A stretch of 19,320 nt of DNA from an uncultured archaeon (GTDB lineage: Archaea > Asgardarchaeota > Heimdallarchaeia > Heimdallarchaeales > Heimdallarchaeaceae), in assembly GCA_964549075.1 (NCBI GenBank), contig CAZJUB010000047.1, positions 1 to 19,320 of the forward strand. The letters are read 5' to 3'. This document shows, piece by piece, positions 16,782 through 19,320 of the stretch. The position numbers were made by a program, and so were the translations under genes. Positions within the stretch are counted from its first letter, which is position 1. Every line of letters starts with the position of its first letter. The notes beneath the pieces are model-generated. The model made no database searches and was not told where the DNA came from. It saw only the letters and a list, made by a program, of their open reading frames with translations.

Positions 16782-17834
16782 TTAAAACTTCCAAAATTCT
16801 CTATGGTATTTCTTAACTTGTTTTAACATACTTGTAGCGTGATCTGATAGCTTAATTGTGGAGATTTTATTCAAAATATCAGGTTTGTTACCAAGAAGTC
16901 CTAAAATAAATTTCTTACTAACATCTTTTAGTTGGTCGATTTTGTAACCTCCCTCTAAGGTACAAGAAATTTTTCCCTCACAAAGATTTTCTGCAATTTC
17001 ATTAAGTAGATATCCAGCAGCTGCAAAAGCAGAAGTTCCTAAATTAAAAACACCTACAGGGTCGCCTTCTAGCGTATCAAATCCTACAGAAACAAGTATG
17101 AATTCAGGTTGGTATTGTCTTACTATATCAAGAGAAAAAATAAGCGCATGAAGCCAATCAGTTGTATTTGTACCAGGTAATAAAGGTATATTTACGTTAT
17201 AACCTCTTCCTTCAACAAGACCAATTTCATTGGGAAATCCTGTACCAGGATAGGTATACATTGGATGTCCGTGGATTGAGACATATAATACATCTTTTCG
17301 ATGACTGAAAATATGTGAAGTACCATTCCCAAAATGCTGATCAATATCGATAATTGCTATTTTATTATACCCCTTGTACTGAATAAGCCAATCAGCTGCA
17401 ACAGCTATATTATTAAAATAACAAAATCCTCCTGCTGAATTACTTTCTGCATGATGTCCAGGAGGACGAACAAGTGCAAAGCTTCTTTTTGTCTTACCTT
17501 CATCAACAAGTTGTGCTGCCTGTTTTGTAGCACCCGCAGCATATTTTGCAATAAAAAATGTATGTTCATTCAAAGTAGTATCAACTGATATCATCCCTCC
17601 TCCAGCTTTGGAAATAGCTCTTATTTTTTCTATATGATCACTGACGTGAACAGAAAGCAGAAGTTCTTCATCAATCAACTCAGGCATAAGAATAGATAGG
17701 CTATATATTTTCTCTTCTTGAAGCTCTTTTATTGCTTTCATAATCTCATCTAGACGTTGTGGAGATTCTGGATGTAATTTGTCCATTACATGTTTTTTGA
17801 AAATTTCAGAATAAATGAAAGCAATGTCGCTCAT
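16782..17834 (-). CDS. Histone deacetylase superfamily protein (Zn-dependent, AcuC/APAH/class II-like)
   Basis: HPESPQRL, RPPGHHA, GFCYFNN, DIDQHFGNGT, VSIH, YPGTG, NVNIPL, SVGFD..GDP, LEGGY. The catalytic His pair, Zn ligands and Tyr are all present. Confidence 0.95.
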   Translation of the reverse strand: MSDIAFIYSEIFKKHVMDKLHPESPQRLDEIMKAIKELQEEKIYSLSILMPELIDEELLLSVHVSDHIEKIRAISKAGGGMISVDTTLNEHTFFIAKYAAGATKQAAQLVDEGKTKRSFALVRPPGHHAESNSAGGFCYFNNIAVAADWLIQYKGYNKIAIIDIDQHFGNGTSHIFSHRKDVLYVSIHGHPMYTYPGTGFPNEIGLVEGRGYNVNIPLLPGTNTTDWLHALIFSLDIVRQYQPEFILVSVGFDTLEGDPVGVFNLGTSAFAAAGYLLNEIAENLCEGKISCTLEGGYKIDQLKDVSKKFILGLLGNKPDILNKISTIKLSDHATSMLKQVKKYHREFWKF

Positions 17835-17947
17835 TCATATTTACATAAGAAACACTTACAATTAATCTTTTTGCTAATATTTTATTCAGATGTCTGTCTC
17901 CACATATTTTATATAATATTAATTTTAGCAAGAGCCATTAATTTAAT

Positions 17948-18493
17948 GTGATACCTATGGGATTCTTTTTAGATGTAGGATTAGCGTTTTTGTTTGCTGC
18001 TCCTATCTTCATTTCAAATGCAGCTCCCGCTATGTTTGGTGGAGGTTTTCCAATTGATGCGTACAAAAATTTTTTTGATGGAAAAAGGATATTAGGTGAT
18101 CACAAAACTATTCAAGGACTAATAAGTGGACTTGTAGCTGGTATATTAACAAGCATTATTGTATACTATCTTTCACATGACCTCATGATAGAGTTATATG
18201 GTTCAATAGGTTTTCAATATCCTATGTGGATTGGTTTTTTAATGGGTTGGGGGTGCAATTTTGGTGATATAGTTGGTTCTTTCATTAAAAGAAGAGTAAA
18301 TATTCAGTCTGGTGATAGTTTTCCAGTATTTGATCAAACTGGCTATATGATTTTTGGACTACTATGGAGTTGGCCGGTTTTTCGTGTTTTACCTTGGCAG
18401 TTTCTGGTCACTCTTCTAGTAATTGCCCCTTTATTACATCTAGGAGCTAATGTATTAGCTTATAGTCTTGGAGTCAAAGAAGTTCCTTGGTAA
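17948..18493 (+). CDS. carS: CDP-archaeol (CDP-2,3-bis-O-geranylgeranyl-sn-glycerol) synthase
   Basis: SNAAP..FGGGFPID, DGKRILGDHKT..G, GDIVGSFIKRR, PVFDQ, LH..AN..AY.LGVKEVPW are CarS/DUF46 signatures. Start is GTG 17948 or ATG 17957. Confidence 0.93.
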   Translation: MIPMGFFLDVGLAFLFAAPIFISNAAPAMFGGGFPIDAYKNFFDGKRILGDHKTIQGLISGLVAGILTSIIVYYLSHDLMIELYGSIGFQYPMWIGFLMGWGCNFGDIVGSFIKRRVNIQSGDSFPVFDQTGYMIFGLLWSWPVFRVLPWQFLVTLLVIAPLLHLGANVLAYSLGVKEVPW

Positions 18494-18518
18494 TTTTTGA
18501 GAAAATTTTTATGGACTT

Positions 18519-18540
18519 GAAAAAAACTTTTTAAATAATA
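18519..18540 (+). promoter_or_regulatory. Putative archaeal BRE/TATA promoter for the 18578 gene
   Basis: GAAAAAAAC followed by TTTTTAAATA (purine-rich BRE-like element then TATA box), ~40 nt before ATG 18578. Confidence 0.4.
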
Positions 18541-18577
18541 TTTATTTTCGTTAATAAAATTAATCAAGTAGTTTTCA

Positions 18578-18904
18578 ATGACAGCCAGTTCTTCTGACCG
18601 AGAATGTAAATTGACTTGTAGATCTTTTTACTGTAGTAAACAAATGTTGAAAATAGTGAAGAATAGTAATAAGAAGACATTTTTATGCCTAATGGATGAA
18701 GGCGAATGTTTGGGATATATGTGTAACTATGCAGAGTGCAGAGAACGCAAAATGAGCGACTCTGGGCAGTGTTTACTTCCATTTAAACCTCCACAAAAAA
18801 CAAAACTTCAACCTGAGAAACGTAATAAATATTCTGAATATGATTATTTGACTCCAAATGAGCTTGATGACAAGCTTAGAAAAAAATTAGCTAAGAAATT
18901 TTAG
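18578..18904 (+). CDS. Small Cys-rich hypothetical protein (8 Cys, putative metal-binding)
   Basis: CKLTC..FYC...FLC......EC....C....C.........C followed by a charged tail. It fits the gene layout between carS and the RAD55-like gene and resembles, from memory, uncharacterised Cys-rich proteins of TACK archaea. Confidence 0.75.
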   Translation: MTASSSDRECKLTCRSFYCSKQMLKIVKNSNKKTFLCLMDEGECLGYMCNYAECRERKMSDSGQCLLPFKPPQKTKLQPEKRNKYSEYDYLTPNELDDKLRKKLAKKF

Positions 18905-18968
18905 GTTTTGAAAGCTAGCACTACCTTTTAATATACGAAAACCTTTAGATTTGATTAGTATAAATGAG

Positions 18969-19320
18969 ATGAATTTTATGTTTTCACCAAATTCTGCTCA
19001 AGGAGATAAGAAATTATTTACTTTTGGTATTCCCACCTTAGACGAGATACTAGGAGGAGGGGTTCCTGCAGGTTCAAATGTTCTTATAGAAGACGAGATA
19101 GGGGCTGAAGCAGATCCTTTTGTCTTACAATTTCTTGCGGAAGGTTTAAGATCAGGGGAATATGGGTATATTTTTTCAACAGAACACCAATATGAATATT
19201 ATAACCAATTTATGAATGGAATCGGTGTAAATCCTGATATGTTAGAAGCTACGGGAAGGATGAAGTATATTGATGCTTTCAGCAATCAGGATCATCATTC
19301 CCTCCTTATGACTTCCAGTC
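18969..19320 (+). CDS. RAD55/KaiC-like RecA-superfamily protein, 5' part only (runs off the window), degenerate Walker A
   Basis: Manual translation from ATG 18969 (or 18978): ...LFTFGIPTLDEILGGGVPAGSNVLIEDEIGAEADPFVLQFLAEGLRSGEYGYIFSTEH...GRMKYIDAFS, with no stop before the end. GIPTLDEILGGG, QFLAEGL.SGE and YIDAFS are typical of RAD55/KaiC. Confidence 0.88.
   Translation, partial: MNFMFSPNSAQGDKKLFTFGIPTLDEILGGGVPAGSNVLIEDEIGAEADPFVLQFLAEGLRSGEYGYIFSTEHQYEYYNQFMNGIGVNPDMLEATGRMKYIDAFSNQDHHSLLMTSS

Noticed and set aside
16782-17834. HDAC as a eukaryotic-signature chromatin regulator
   Set aside because: The family is widespread in prokaryotes, and nothing in the sequence indicates histone specificity.
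18564-18782. 72-aa minus-strand ORF
   Set aside because: Antisense to the better-supported Cys-rich gene.

Overview
AT-rich archaeal genomic window; marker genes are MCM, Hel308 and CarS. An Asgard/Heimdallarchaeia-like origin is a guess I cannot verify. In order, it holds: (1) a Hel308 helicase gene that degenerates at the left edge, probably a contig-end artefact; (2) a 2300-aa MCM helicase carrying three large LAGLIDADG inteins (655, 433 and 521 aa; spliced product 691 aa); (3) a YdjM-like membrane metal hydrolase with an extra sequon-rich domain; (4) a MoxR-type AAA+ ATPase/vWA pair; (5) a DUF4256 protein; (6) a Pab87/CubicO-like serine hydrolase; (7) two convergent MFS transporters; (8) an HDAC-family deacetylase; (9) CDP-archaeol synthase; (10) a small 8-Cys protein; (11) a partial RAD55/KaiC-like gene with a degenerate P-loop, missed by the ORF track. 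The most striking signal is at the end of the MoxR ORF. A correctly phased A_AAA_AAA -1 slippery heptamer sits two codons before its stop, and the -1 frame runs without a stop into the vWA ORF. This suggests recoding that yields both a free ATPase and a ~638-aa ATPase-vWA fusion, analogous to frameshifted chlD chelatase genes. A ~155-nt self-complementary element in the 13.7-14.0 kb intergenic region is a candidate structured RNA or MITE.
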